This document shows positions 1 through 12,265 of a stretch of DNA of 50,487 nucleotides, one piece after another. The stretch is from contig ADNK01000013.1 of the NCBI GenBank assembly GCA_000320545.1, positions 1 to 50,487 on the forward strand. The letters are read 5' to 3'. A model generated the notes under the pieces. That model searched no databases. It was not told where the DNA came from and worked only from the letters and a program-made list of their open reading frames with translations. The stretch comes from Bigelowiella natans CCMP2755 (taxonomy: Eukaryota; Protista; Cercozoa). Position numbers and translations under genes: made by a program. Positions within the stretch are counted from its first letter, which is position 1, and every line of letters begins with the position of its first letter.

Positions 1-158
1 CCTCGCCTCCCCCTGGGTCGGGCTGGTTGGCGTGATTCAACCTACCTTTTTCTAAGAATCATCATTTCAATCGTTGTACTACCTCCACCCCGCGAAACGG
101 GGAGTCTCTCGTTCTCTCGCTCGCTCTCTCACGCGTCCCAGGGGGGGGGGGGTGCTAG

Positions 159-327
159 GGAGTATCCGCCCCTTCGACGTCGTCACCCTGTGGCGGTGTT
201 TGAGGAGACGGGCGATGGGGCATGCTTATTCCGATCTCTTGCTCGCCAGGTACCGCACAAACACGCATTAATACTAACTCACAGAACTTACTACAGGGCA
301 GCAGCACCACATTATTACATGGTGTGT

Positions 328-361
<34 letters not shown>

Positions 362-599
362 CTACACGTGATGCGTATTATGAAAATGTGCGTTTGTACC
401 CGCCTCTTACTCCTCCTCCTCCTCCTCCTCCTTGCGCAACCACAGGTAAAGCAGGATGAGGAATTACATAACGAGGTCGGTTTCAACTTAGAGATTTTGA
501 CCAGAAGATAAAAGAAGAAGAAGATGGTGAAGAAGAAGAAGAAGACAGATGCGGCGTAAAACTAGGATGGCCACCGCAAGACAGGGATCAAATGAATAG

Positions 600-636
<37 letters not shown>

Positions 637-1039
637 ACGATGACGGTGATGATGGAGATTGTAGTATGCTCTCGTCATCATAGTGAGAAATAATACACCA
701 ATCACTCATTTTACAATCATGTTCTCTGGTTTTCTTCTTCTTCTTCTCCTTCTTCTGCTGCAACCACGATTTCATTATTATTAAACATATTACACAGGTG
801 AGACAAGAATTGGTGGATTTTCTGGAACAAGTTTTGAATTCCTCAGGTGCTGATTCTTCTTCTTCTTCTTCTTCTTCTTCTTCTTCTTCTTGTTTATATT
901 GATGACCCAGTAACCACAGCCAGTAAACATGCGTGCTACTGCTGTGTCAGCATCATGTACCGAACACGAAAACGGACGACAAATTTCATATCCAAATCAC
1001 AAATCTAGCATCCAGGATACTCTCTCTCTCTCTCTCTCT

Positions 1040-1083
<44 letters not shown>

Positions 1084-1406
1084 TCAATTATCTCTGCTGC
1101 TGCAATAATTACGAATATGTCCAACGTTTACCCAACATTACAATAAGGCCCATCTCGGCTGCCTTCCGATCCTGTCCCCCCCCCCCGGTAGCAACTAACA
1201 CAAATAACCTTCTCGCTATGATTTGCAACGACAGCGAGCATTGCTACACAAATTACGCTACATATTATATGCAGCACATCGCACATTGGGGGGGGGTGGG
1301 GGGGTGTACTCCGACAACAATCACATGATCGATTGATTCATGGCCTGTAGTTGCATGATCGTCTTGCTACTACTGCTGCTGTTTGCTGCTGATGATGATG
1401 ATGATG

Positions 1407-1440
<34 letters not shown>

Positions 1441-2372
1441 TGATTCCAGATACCCCCTCCCTCGGAGACGCCTTACCAGGGACCAAGCACGTGTTGTGTT
1501 CAAGGTGATATGTGCGTGCGTTTGAGTATCAAACAGCTCCCTCGCTGTACACGTGCGTAAAGCACACATCGTTTGATTTAAGTTCTCTCCTTTCTCAACC
1601 CAATCCCCCCCCTCTCTTTCTCCACCCAGCATGCGAGTGTCTTTGTAGACCCGAAACACCCTGGGAAGGTGCGGGCATATCTTCGTCAAATGAGGTGAGA
1701 ACGACTGCTCGTTTGCCACCACTGTTATCACCTTAGTTAGTCTGCACATGTGTTGCGTGTGTGATTCTGTATATGCGTCCTATGAAGCATGTTACTGTGT
1801 AATATCCTCCTCATCATCACCCTCCTCATCATCATCATTATCAGGGGAAAGGACACATGGGGTACATCTCTGGAAGCTTTAGCTGCTGCGTACGTCTATA
1901 AGAGGTAAGTTGCTTTAAAGATGTGTTCATTGGTACTCCTTCTTCTTCTTCTTCTTCTTCTTCTTCTTCTTCTATGCTGCTGTTACTGTTGCATGCTGGT
2001 GATGACAGTTAGGATGACAGACAGATCCTCTGTGCTTAAAGACACATCCTTGCTCTTGTGTTCTAGTACAAATATCGTCATCACCTACATCACTATCGAA
2101 GAAACCACCACCACAAACGACAACAATCTTCTATCCCGCACTCTGAAACCCCCTCCCCCTTCTCTTGGCTCTCCCTCCCTCCCCCCCCCCCTCTCCCCGA
2201 AGGCCCGTCTGGGTGTGGATGCAAGACGTCAGGTGTGTATTCTGATTCCTCATAACGAGATATAAGTGTCTTAGTAGTAGTAGTAGGAGGAGTAGTAGTA
2301 GTAGGGATAGTAGCAGGGCAATTCTAAACAACAACGCTGGGGATTGAATGGCGGTATATGCAAGTGTTATGG

Positions 2373-2445
<73 letters not shown>

Positions 2446-4735
2446 TGTGTATTGTCACATATACACACGTCGTAGTAGTGGCCTTGGCGATGCGTTAATA
2501 TGCAGGGAATGGATGGTGATTGTAGTGGCTGTTTGTTTGCAGTGGCGACCCTGATGCCCTTAACCCTGAGAATCGAGCGTCGAGAGCTATTGGTTTGTTG
2601 CATGTCAGAGGTCGGTTATGAGTTAAGTAGAAGGAGGAGGAGGAATATGGCTCTATATACTATCATATCTTTAAGTATGTGATGATCAGCCCAATGTAGT
2701 AGTAGCAGCAGTAGTTTGTTCGTGTTACACTTTACGGAGAATCTCTGTGTATGATGCATGCAACCCCCGATTTCTCTCTTCCACGTACTGCCCCTCCTCC
2801 TCCTCCTCCTCCTCGATGGATATCCTCACTGAATGAGAAACTTGAAGGAGGAGGAGGAGAAGAAGAAGAAGAAAGAGCATTGTCTTGAAGGACCGAAGAT
2901 TAGCGGAGAACCTACCCCCTTCCGAATCGAATCTTTCTCTCTCTCTATCTCTCTCTCTCTCTCACACACACACACACGCTCATATCATGATGATATTGAA
3001 AGGCAATCATTGGAACTCGGTAGCTCTGGCCGATGAAAACAGAAACGGTTGTCATACAGTAGTAGTAGTAGTAGTAGTAGTAATATATAACAAAGCTGCT
3101 AAATCCAGCGTGCGTAAATGTTTCAATGATATTACCCGCCTAAACAATCATTCCCTCCAAGTTCCCCCCCCCCTTCCTTAATCACATCCGGATCTTATTA
3201 ATACCATGACTTTGCTGTCTTTACCACCACCCCCCCGCCACCAACCCCCACCACCAGTATGCGGACGGAATCTGACCTCATGGGCATCGTGCACGATGAC
3301 GTTACTGCGGATGGACAATGAGACGCATCCTGGTGGCCCTCAGAAGTAATGAGCTAAGCCGGGGGGGGGGGGAGAGGGAGGAAGAGGAGGAAGAAGAGGA
3401 GGAGGAGGAGTATGAATCAATACACGGCACACGCAACAACACAAGCAATAAACCAGCAGAAGGAGCGGAGAATAAAGAGGAGGAGGAGGAATGATAAGCA
3501 ACAACACGATAGGGCTTTTGGTTTTCCTTATCTTTAGAGAGAAAATGGTGAAGGAGGACAACACAACTCCCCATCATCATCATCATCATCATCGTCGTCG
3601 TCGTCGTCATTATCGTTACCTTGTTACTTTCTTCATTCTGCCCATTATCCTTCATCTCTTCCTCCTCCTCCTCCTCTTCACTAGGTATCTGCTGCTCAAG
3701 GCCGGCGACAGCGACCACTTTGAGTGGACGGTGAGTAGGATGATGATGATGATGGCATCACGACGATGATGATCATAGTTCCGATATACTACTCGATAGA
3801 ACCTAAACAATAACAACAACAACAACAAAACAACGCGATTACGACGACGAATGACGACGAGGAGGAAGTCGACTGGAAATATAATGAAAATTGCATCTCA
3901 AGCATCATACGTGGATCATGGATGGTTAATTCACTCGCACTTATAGCCGTACTTGTGGTCGTCTGTCTGTCTATATATATAAAGGTGCCGTGGGGCAATG
4001 TGAGAGAGCAAGAGACGTTGGAACAGGTAGTTAAAATTAATATAGTATATCTCCCTGTCCACATCCGTACATTGATTATTAATCCTGCAAGTGTTGTAGT
4101 AGAAGATGGCAGTAGTAGAAGCGGTGCGAGCTGCTCTTGCCTTTCACTGAATCGATAATCATTTCCATTAGTCTGCGATGAGACGTCTCCGTGAGGAGGT
4201 CGGAATGGACGCTTCAACGGGTCACGTGCGCTGCCAGAATCGCTCCTTCATGTCGAGGTAGTAGTAGTTGGTGAAGCATTGTGCAGTAGTAGTAGTAGTA
4301 GTAGTAGTAGTAGCAGTTGCAGCGGTCTATTCACTTTTCCAATACAAATGCAATTATGTCTCCTCCCGATCTTCCACGGCTGCTGCTGGTGGTGCTGCTG
4401 CTGCTGGTGGGGTTGGGATTTATTTTGATTGTTCTGCCCACCTTTAGAGAGATGTATGGCCTGAAGAATGAGGGCAACTCGGTCATGTACGTGTGCTCGC
4501 TGTTTCTGGCGGAACTCGAGCATAATATCAGCACATCGGTGAGTACGGAGAATGCATGATGTCATTATCATCATCATCATCATCATTCATTAGTCTGATA
4601 ATTGCTGTATAACATGAAAGCTGGATCCACGATGGAATGCGTCGTGGTTTAGCTACGAGGAAATACAGAGGCTAACACAGGAGCAGTTAGTGCAGCCTAT
4701 CATATCCACCGCTGTGGAACACGCAGAAAAGGTAT

Positions 4736-4803
<68 letters not shown>

Positions 4804-5248
4804 ATTTATATATTATTTCCATTTATTTGTTTATTTTGTATGTAAATATTTCATATGTGCGCGCACGCGTGCGTGTTGTTAATTTCAGGTGTCGTTCTAT
4901 CCTCCTGAGGAGAGCTACTATGACGATGAAGAGGACGATGATGACGATGATTGCTACCTCGACCACGGCTGCTGCGAAGATGACGACGAGGATGAGGATG
5001 AAAAGGAGGAGGAAGCGAGCTTTCCACCAAATTCATATCGGGAGGTAGTGGAGTCTACATTTGACCCTCACATCGGTACAATAAAAAGGAAAAAAAAGAT
5101 AGCAGGAGAAGCTGCGGCTGCTGTAGCAAGGGCGACAAGTAGGAAGAATAGCAGCAGCTTTGATCCTCATGTGGGAAACCCAAATGGTGGTAGCAGCAGC
5201 AGCAGCAGCAACAGCGGGAGGGGGGTCCAGAGAGATCCGATGAGATGA
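159..5248 (+). CDS. Multi-exon OTU-family cysteine protease (deubiquitinase-like) fused to a NUDIX-fold domain with an acidic tail; 5' end uncertain or upstream of the window
   Basis: Spliced GT-AG exons give the OTU motifs ETGDGACLFRSLARQ (159-249), VKQDEELHNE|VRQELVDFL, YLRQMRGKDTWGTSLEALAAAYVYKRPVWVW and AIGLLHVRGNHWNSV. These are followed in compatible phases by YLLLKAGDSDHFEWT|VPWGNVREQETLEQ|SAMRRLREEVGM (NUDIX box), ..ASWFSYEEI.., and the last exon 4889-5248. Exons between ~850 and ~1450 were not resolved. Confidence 0.8.
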
Positions 5249-6041
5249 CGTAAGATACGACTTCGTTCTATCGTAACCAGTGAAGTAGTCGTGCGTGTAC
5301 GTACTGCCGCAGCAGGCGGGCACGGAAAATGAAGGGTCGAGGAATAATAACCAGTATCTGCGCACTGAAGAGCCTTAACAATTACAGTTAAAGAAGCTAT
5401 TTGATGGTTTAGAGTGTGCAATTTTAATGATGATATCTCTCCAATTCACACAGAACTAGAGAATGAATAGGACTATGCTAGTATGCTACAAGCTAGCAAG
5501 CACTACTGCTAATTTACTAGATTAGCATGTGTCCGTCGTGCAATGCGGCATCTATGCTAGGCATACATGATCTTCCGCGCAATGAACAATTGTGAGCCTT
5601 CATGCTAACTACACCAAGTGAAGTGTGTGTCACATCTATATGTGCTGTGACGTACATCGTACTCGGCAGCACTGGCTGTGATCATTCTAGCATTGTCATT
5701 GTACACTTAGCTTAGATTGTTTGCTTGTTGCTGCGTGTCTATAGCACTAGAGCATGCTGTAGCTGTACACATGCTTCGCTCGTCATATACTTATAAACGC
5801 ATGCTTCTTCATCATGTGCATCACGCATCAACAATTTGATGCCTAGATGTTAGAGTATAAGAGCAATGCAAATGAGCAATATCAGTAGTATCGAAAAAGC
5901 GCGATGATTTATGCTTGATACCTTTTTTTCATTCACAGGTACGACTGCTACTGTTCTACTTCTTGAGTCGATAGCATAGGTTGGTTCAGATAGTCTACAT
6001 AATATGATATGTTTTAGGGTATCATCATCTCCTTCACATTT

Positions 6042-7229
6042 TCATTTGAGCTTTGTGAATCGTCCTCCAACGCGAGGCCGGTTCACCGCAAAGTTTCTTC
6101 TGCATCGATAACGAACAAGCTTTCCGAAATTACGTCTTGCCCTTTTCTCGCGGTATCGTCTGACGACTTCGGCACGTTCCTCTGGAGTATATGGTTTTAC
6201 TTTCCCCTTGTACCCCCACTCATCAGGCTCTGGTTCTTTCTTTTTCCTCCTCCCCCTTTTTCGCTTCTTCGGCTTAGGCTTGATGCTCTGCGTGACTGTA
6301 GCAGTGTCGTCACTGATAGTTTTACTTTCTATCTTATCGTTCCAGATTGAGGTGAGCACCATATCTTGCGGTTTGATATTAATACGGGGCATGCCCCCCC
6401 CCGTATCAGCAGAATGACCAAACAGGCATTCTCCGTCGCCCCCTTTAGGGAGCTCACCTGTCAATTCACCAGATAGAAAGGAGGACTCGTTTATAGTTGT
6501 GCTCAGAGGCAAATCCCCTGACACATGCGGTGATATCTCAACAGAACGAGATTTGAACCTCTGCTCATGTGATTCGATATTCCTCTCTTCTCCAGAAATT
6601 GCAGCTTCAGCATTGTCCCTTCCCTTCTCTGTTTTATCGTTTAAGACCTCATCCATAAGCAACAGATCTGGAAAGTCACTGGGGAGTTGCAAAATTTGGT
6701 CAAAATTGAGAGGTTCTACTTGGGTTTTTGCTTTTAAAGGGGGCGAATCAATCAGGAGACCCGACTCTTTTGGCGTGCTGTTGAAGCTCATCGTACGACT
6801 TCCTTGCTTACCAATGTTGAGTTCCTGGTCAATGCGATCGAAGAAGTTTGCATCGAAGTTCATCTCTTTGGATGCGAGAGATAGACCAAAACAGTTCTCA
6901 TTGATCGATTCTGAGGAGATGGCTTTTTGGAGGGGGCTATTGCTCTCATTGTTCAAAAAAGATTCAAATTCCTCAGGTGCCAGGATTTGTTGGTCGCTCA
7001 ATGATCTCGAAGGGATTCCTGCCCAGTCCTCTGCCAAGAAACGCTGGAACTCGTGTGGTTGAAGCACCTAAAATATTTGGTTGGCTTTAATTTTTCCGGT
7101 AGATCTAGTCAAGAACAATAACACAGAAACTGGGAGGCGGGGATTGTTAAGCAACAGAATATCACATACCTGCTTAGGCTGCCGATGGTGTGATCCGTCA
7201 TTGGAGAAATATGTAAAATTAAGGTTCAT
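6042..7229 (-). CDS. CCT-domain (CONSTANS/CO-like/TOC1) protein
   Basis: ORF 6042-7067 ends in ERAEVVRRYREKRARRNFGKLVRYRCRRNFAVNRPRVGGRF, a canonical CCT motif, with a basic NLS KKRKRGRRKK. Acceptor near 7068 and a short upstream exon (MNLNFTYF..PKQ); start uncertain. Confidence 0.85.
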
Positions 7230-7843
7230 CCGGGAGGCTTACTCGGATGGGGCGGCGAGGAAGGTCTGGGCTGGATTGTACAATTCTTTTGTTTGAGTAT
7301 CATGTGGAAACGGCATCATAACATTGAACTCGACACATCATTTTTGTTGTCGCAATTTCTAAATTGCGAAAACGTCCCCCCCACAAAACCAGAAGTTTTT
7401 CAGGCATGCTTCCTCCACACGAGCTGTACCAATTTGCTTCTCAGAAAGAAATTTATTGATTGCGACATGTCAGCATTGAGGCACCGACCAGCAAAAAAGG
7501 GTACATCTTTCGTCGCACATTGCACGACTACAGTCTGATATTTTTATGCCAGTCGGGCAAGCTGAGGCTACTCACATCTGGACGCAAAGGAAGGTTCAAC
7601 TGGAGAGTCTCGGAGAAGTATCCAAATATCTTTTCATCGGGGATCCCGGAAGAATAACCGCGAATAACCGAGCTCAGGATTCGTGAGCTCAGGGATCAGC
7701 CCCAATTTTCCCTCTTGCGCTCTCCCCCAAACCTTTCTCACTAGATTTGCTGCATTTATTGTTCCACTAGTCGACCGGTTAGAGTCATCCACCGAAGTTG
7801 CACTACCCTTTCACGTTGTAGCCGCAGCGAAAAATCTTCTGAT

Positions 7844-9079
7844 ATGGCGACTGAGTTAGATGATATTGGCCAAAGCGACAAATCCGCGGCTGTAGACAGC
7901 AAAACTGTAATTGCACAGGAAGAGTTCTCAAATGCATTCAGACGAATAGATAATCCACTTGAAACTTTCACCGATCCTGCAGGATGGGGGAAAGTTCGCA
8001 TTTCTTGGACAATTCTAACTCCGTTAACAGTCCTCATTTTTGGGATATCAACGAGTACTGATGAGGTTGCTTTGGATTACGTTGGCGCGATTCTCTTCGT
8101 GGGAGTGACGTTGTACTCACTGGTATATACAATTTCGCATGAACTTAGACACGATGACAACTTTGTCGCGTTTAAATGTGGCTAACATTTCCTTGTGCAT
8201 CAGTTACTTTCGTGGAACTACTACACCGACTGGCGAAAATCCAAAGCAATACAGCAATTATTTTTTTTGGATGAAGCGTTCGAGGGAGAAGCTGCACTAA
8301 CAGACGAAGCCATTGATGAACTGTCACAGAGGCGCGATAAACTTGAAAAGGAGAAGAGAGAGTTCGAAGCTAGAGTACAGAAATTGAGGAAACTCCAGAA
8401 GGGATTGGGCGGCAATGTGAAGGAGCTCAAAGTTGCACACCAGAAGTGCAAGACGAATCTTACCGAGGCTCTCGATCTCGCACAAAGTTTAGAAGATTTA
8501 TTTGTGAAGAAATTGGAGCATGTTCAAAGGTATATGGTTGCAATTAGTCGCGTGGACTTGCTAATACGGTATTTTGCTTAGGTCATGCGAACAAACAGTG
8601 AAGAACAACCAGATATCTGTATTTTCCCTGATTAATATTTTAATCAACACAATCCATTTGGGACGATATACCAGGGATCACTATGATGCATTCTTGAGAG
8701 AACTGAATGCTGCTAAGGTTTGCTTTGAAGAAATAAAGAACGACTTCTAGTTGAACTGAATCCATTCAAATAATAGGAGAACGTGTTCACCTCCAAAGAG
8801 CACTTGGACTTATTCGAAAAGGGTGGTGTTTGCAAGTGGTCTCCAGAACAAGGAGCCAGATTTATGAAAACGTAATGTATTTAACAATAATATTTTCAAC
8901 ATATATTCACATATGCCCTCCTTTAACGTAGAGCGACACTGAGGAAGCAAATCAAAGATTGGTTGACGAAAGTTAATAAAGCTATAATTGAGAGAAGAGT
9001 TCAGAAATTGGAAGGAGATAGGAAATCTGTGACCGAACTTGGTAAAAGGGTTGAGCGTGAATTGAAAGAACTAAATTAA
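7844..9079 (+). CDS. Hypothetical protein with two TM segments followed by a coiled coil (multi-exon)
   Basis: ORFs 7844-8185 (two hydrophobic segments) and 8195-8581 (heptad-rich), then short exons ending ..VERELKELN-TAA at 9079; short AT-rich introns. Confidence 0.6.
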
Positions 9080-9701
9080 GCAGATACTTCCAGCATGCGA
9101 CCACAAGTGGCGTACGGAACAATAAAAGTTTAAGATTCTATTGACATGCATGATGCTGCAGTCTTCGAGTAATTATAGACACAGTAATAGCATATATAGT
9201 ATATATATGGTATTACATGTCTACTATAGTATGATCTAAGGTGCGGTATCATGATCATGAGCATTGAGTGTGCACATGACAATGGTTATGATTGACACCG
9301 TACATACCGCTTAACTTATTAATTTGTGCTGCGTGGTAATGTGTAATAACAGTCAGCGCGCGCTGTAGACACACATGCATTGTGAGCAGCGTAGTAGTTG
9401 GCGTGCACACATTTCATTTTGCTCACGCAGGAATCTGTCACCAGACGGGTATACGCTACATAGTAGCCTACAGCTAGCCACATGATACACGCTGTTACAC
9501 ACGCGTACAGAGCTCGTAGTTGTCTAATACTAGAATAATAGCCATCCATTGTACACAGCATGCCATGCATCGACAATCTACGTTATCTACACACTAGCGC
9601 TAGGTGCATTTAGCTATGTCTAATGCTTCATATTGCACTATTGCCTTGCAAGGAAAATTCTTGGCTAAGAAGATTCAGTTAAGGGTGTCGCCTCCTAATA
9701 A

Positions 9702-11393
9702 TTATCGTTGAGGCCAAGGCATTAGTGACGAATTGAATAGTGGATGTGAAGCATTGTTTCCTACTTCTCCGTGAAGAAGCACTTCGATAAGATTAAAATC
9801 AAGGGTGAATATAATTGGAAGAAATTCTGTCGCTAACAGGACAAGCACCTGAAATCACAAACAAAAAATCGCATCCAAAAAGCTAAATTCGGCGAAAGTT
9901 ATGTGAACTGAAATTACTACCATAACCATAGAGTACGCCACGGGCGACAATTGCTCGATTCTCGCAACTCCCGCTAAGTTGAATTGAACAACATGAGTCA
10001 TACCACAGCTAACAACGAAATAACAATTTCAGCCGTCCTACCTAACAATACAGTTCCCCTCAGAAGCCTTCCAGTACTCCATAATGTGACAATACAATGC
10101 ATCTAAGTATTTGATAGAATCAATAGGATGAGCGTGAGAGTCGAAAATTCAATTTCTCTAACTGACCCAAGCGACTGTCTTCGCTGCAAATTCAGACGTG
10201 AAAGCGAATCCCGCCAATCGGAATGAATAATATATCCATACCGCTCTAATACACGCAACAGAAGAACAAATTCAATGATAATTTTTTTTTAAAAGATCAC
10301 GAGATTAGCTCACGGACATATGAAAAGCTGGGAGTGCAAAATTAGCTGCAGATTCAGCAATCACCAAAACCTAATTTAGCAGAAAATTGATTATCCTCCG
10401 CCAATAACATTTATATACGGGTTCTTCAATATCGTCGTTCTAAATACACATACCCGAAAATAGAATGATCTGCTGGTCCCAAGCCCCCTGTGATAACGGT
10501 GTAAGCTTCAGATCGAGTGGAAATCATTGCCGAAAGTTTTGAAATAAAGAGCATTGTGTAAGATTCTACTAGAATGTAAACTATCTTGGCTTTTCGACAT
10601 TGAAAACGGTACCAACAATGATGATGCGAAGTTCGAAAGACAAAATGTGAAAAGCAAAACGCTAGAAAGTCAACTTATCGTACGAGGGCCACACCTTGCC
10701 AAGAATATTATGTAGAAAACCAATAAAGCAGTGTAGCACGCCATGTGAGATATCATGAATACTCGTTGCCTGTTGAACGAACATATATGAGCATATCTGC
10801 GATTTAGGATTTTTATACTGATTTGACTATTGTTGGGCAGCAAGAACATCTACTACCAAGATTTGTGAAACGATTGTTTCGTCGCGAAGACAAACTGTTG
10901 CCTTGAAAATATTAATATTTCCAGCCTGATACACGAATTGGGTAACACATCATCGCTCAAGATTTTTGCCAGTTAATTTTAAAATTGGACGTGTTTTAAT
11001 GTGCCTCGCTTTTACATGAAGATGAAACTTGTCATTACCAATGAAACAACAGCAATATGTAAGCAGAAAGAAATATGAATTCTGGTAGACTGAGTAGTAT
11101 TGCCGTCAAGTTTTCCCTGAAGTTACAAACAAAAAATCTATTGGTCAAAATGCATCGTATCAAATTGTTACATCGTAAGTAATCGACACCTACCAATTCT
11201 TCTGCTTTGTGACCAAAATCCAACAGAAGATACTCCACGTCAAAGTTCGAACTAATTGAAAGATAAGAGATTACTTGCAGCAAGTTATATTGGCGTATGT
11301 TCTCATTAATCACCTGAAAGGTGAACCACTAACCCCAGATATAAAATCCATTGAGTGTGCCACCGATGTACATACTGAACATTGTGAGCCAGC

Positions 11394-11480
<87 letters not shown>

Positions 11481-11961
11481 GAGAGAAAGGAGAGCGAAAA
11501 GAGAGAACCATCGTGTTGATAAAGTGATAGTGTCAACTTAAAGTGACAAACCCTGGTCAATCGAATAAGCAACTGCGAAGCACTAATGAGGGTTCCGAAG
11601 TATGCCTAACGCAAAAATAGTAGCAGCAAAGGATCAGGTTATCGCAGACAATCTGTAATCGTTATTCATTGAGGAGTAAATCAGGTTACAATGACAGTTC
11701 TCTACGAGTCTGCTCTCTGACCACTCTTCCCCCCCCTCTTATCACTACATCACTCTCTGTACTCTAAAAGTTGATAGATGAAATTTAATTGAATAAGCCC
11801 TTCAATGTTACCACTGCCAGCACAAATGTAACGCTCCCGAAATGCCCCAGATTGTGCTCATCTCCAACTAGTGGAAAAGGGAAATTAGGACGCAGAAGGA
11901 TTAGGTGGGAAATCGAAACACCAGGACCTATTGCTAAGACATCGTAGGAACGAATCGCCAT
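9702..11961 (-). CDS. TOM1/THH1/TOM3-like (GPR137-related) multipass membrane protein
   Basis: Exons encode many TM segments, including ILLSLPEFIFLSAYILLLFHW (resembles TOM1 LPxxxFFSxYxLLxxFW) and C-terminal VLVLLATEFLPIIFTL (last-TM ExLP motif). Probable start MAIRSYDVLAI at 11961. Confidence 0.6.
11397..11476. repeat. (AG)n microsatellite, intronic
   Basis: About 80 nt of uninterrupted AG dinucleotide. Confidence 0.95.
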
Positions 11962-12265
11962 GTTGTAGGCTCGAGAAAGCCAAACACCACTTAAGTTCAG
12001 AGGGAGGCCTTGTATCGACGCAGATAGAGAGGAACGCCCGTTCGAGCCTCCACAACGGGAAGGAATTTCGGTTTTAACTCTAGCAAAATGATTGACATTT
12101 TGGTTCAACGACAAAGCACGAGGAGAATTTCATGAAAAAAATTGCTCCGCCATCTATTTTGAATTTTCTTAGCTAAAAACGGCAGTCGTTGAATGGGTAA
12201 TCCCCTCGAGTACCTCATGTATGAGACTACTTTTATATCACATGACTGTTGAGTAGTGCCTCAAT

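Noticed and set aside
933-3181. ORFs with poly-YI, poly-CV, poly-L or poly-H runs (many across the window)
   Set aside because: Translations of intronic microsatellites.
6499-7062. 187-aa + strand ORF (similarly 26018-26725, 39737-40300, 29714-30325)
   Set aside because: Antisense shadows of well-supported genes on the other strand.
7239-7319. In-frame upstream ORF (MMPFPHD..APSE*) before the CCT start
   Set aside because: The 5' exon structure is unresolved; it may be a spliced exon or chance.
9702-11961. MFS or LrgB transporter identity
   Set aside because: No family motifs; TOM1/THH1-like motifs fit better.
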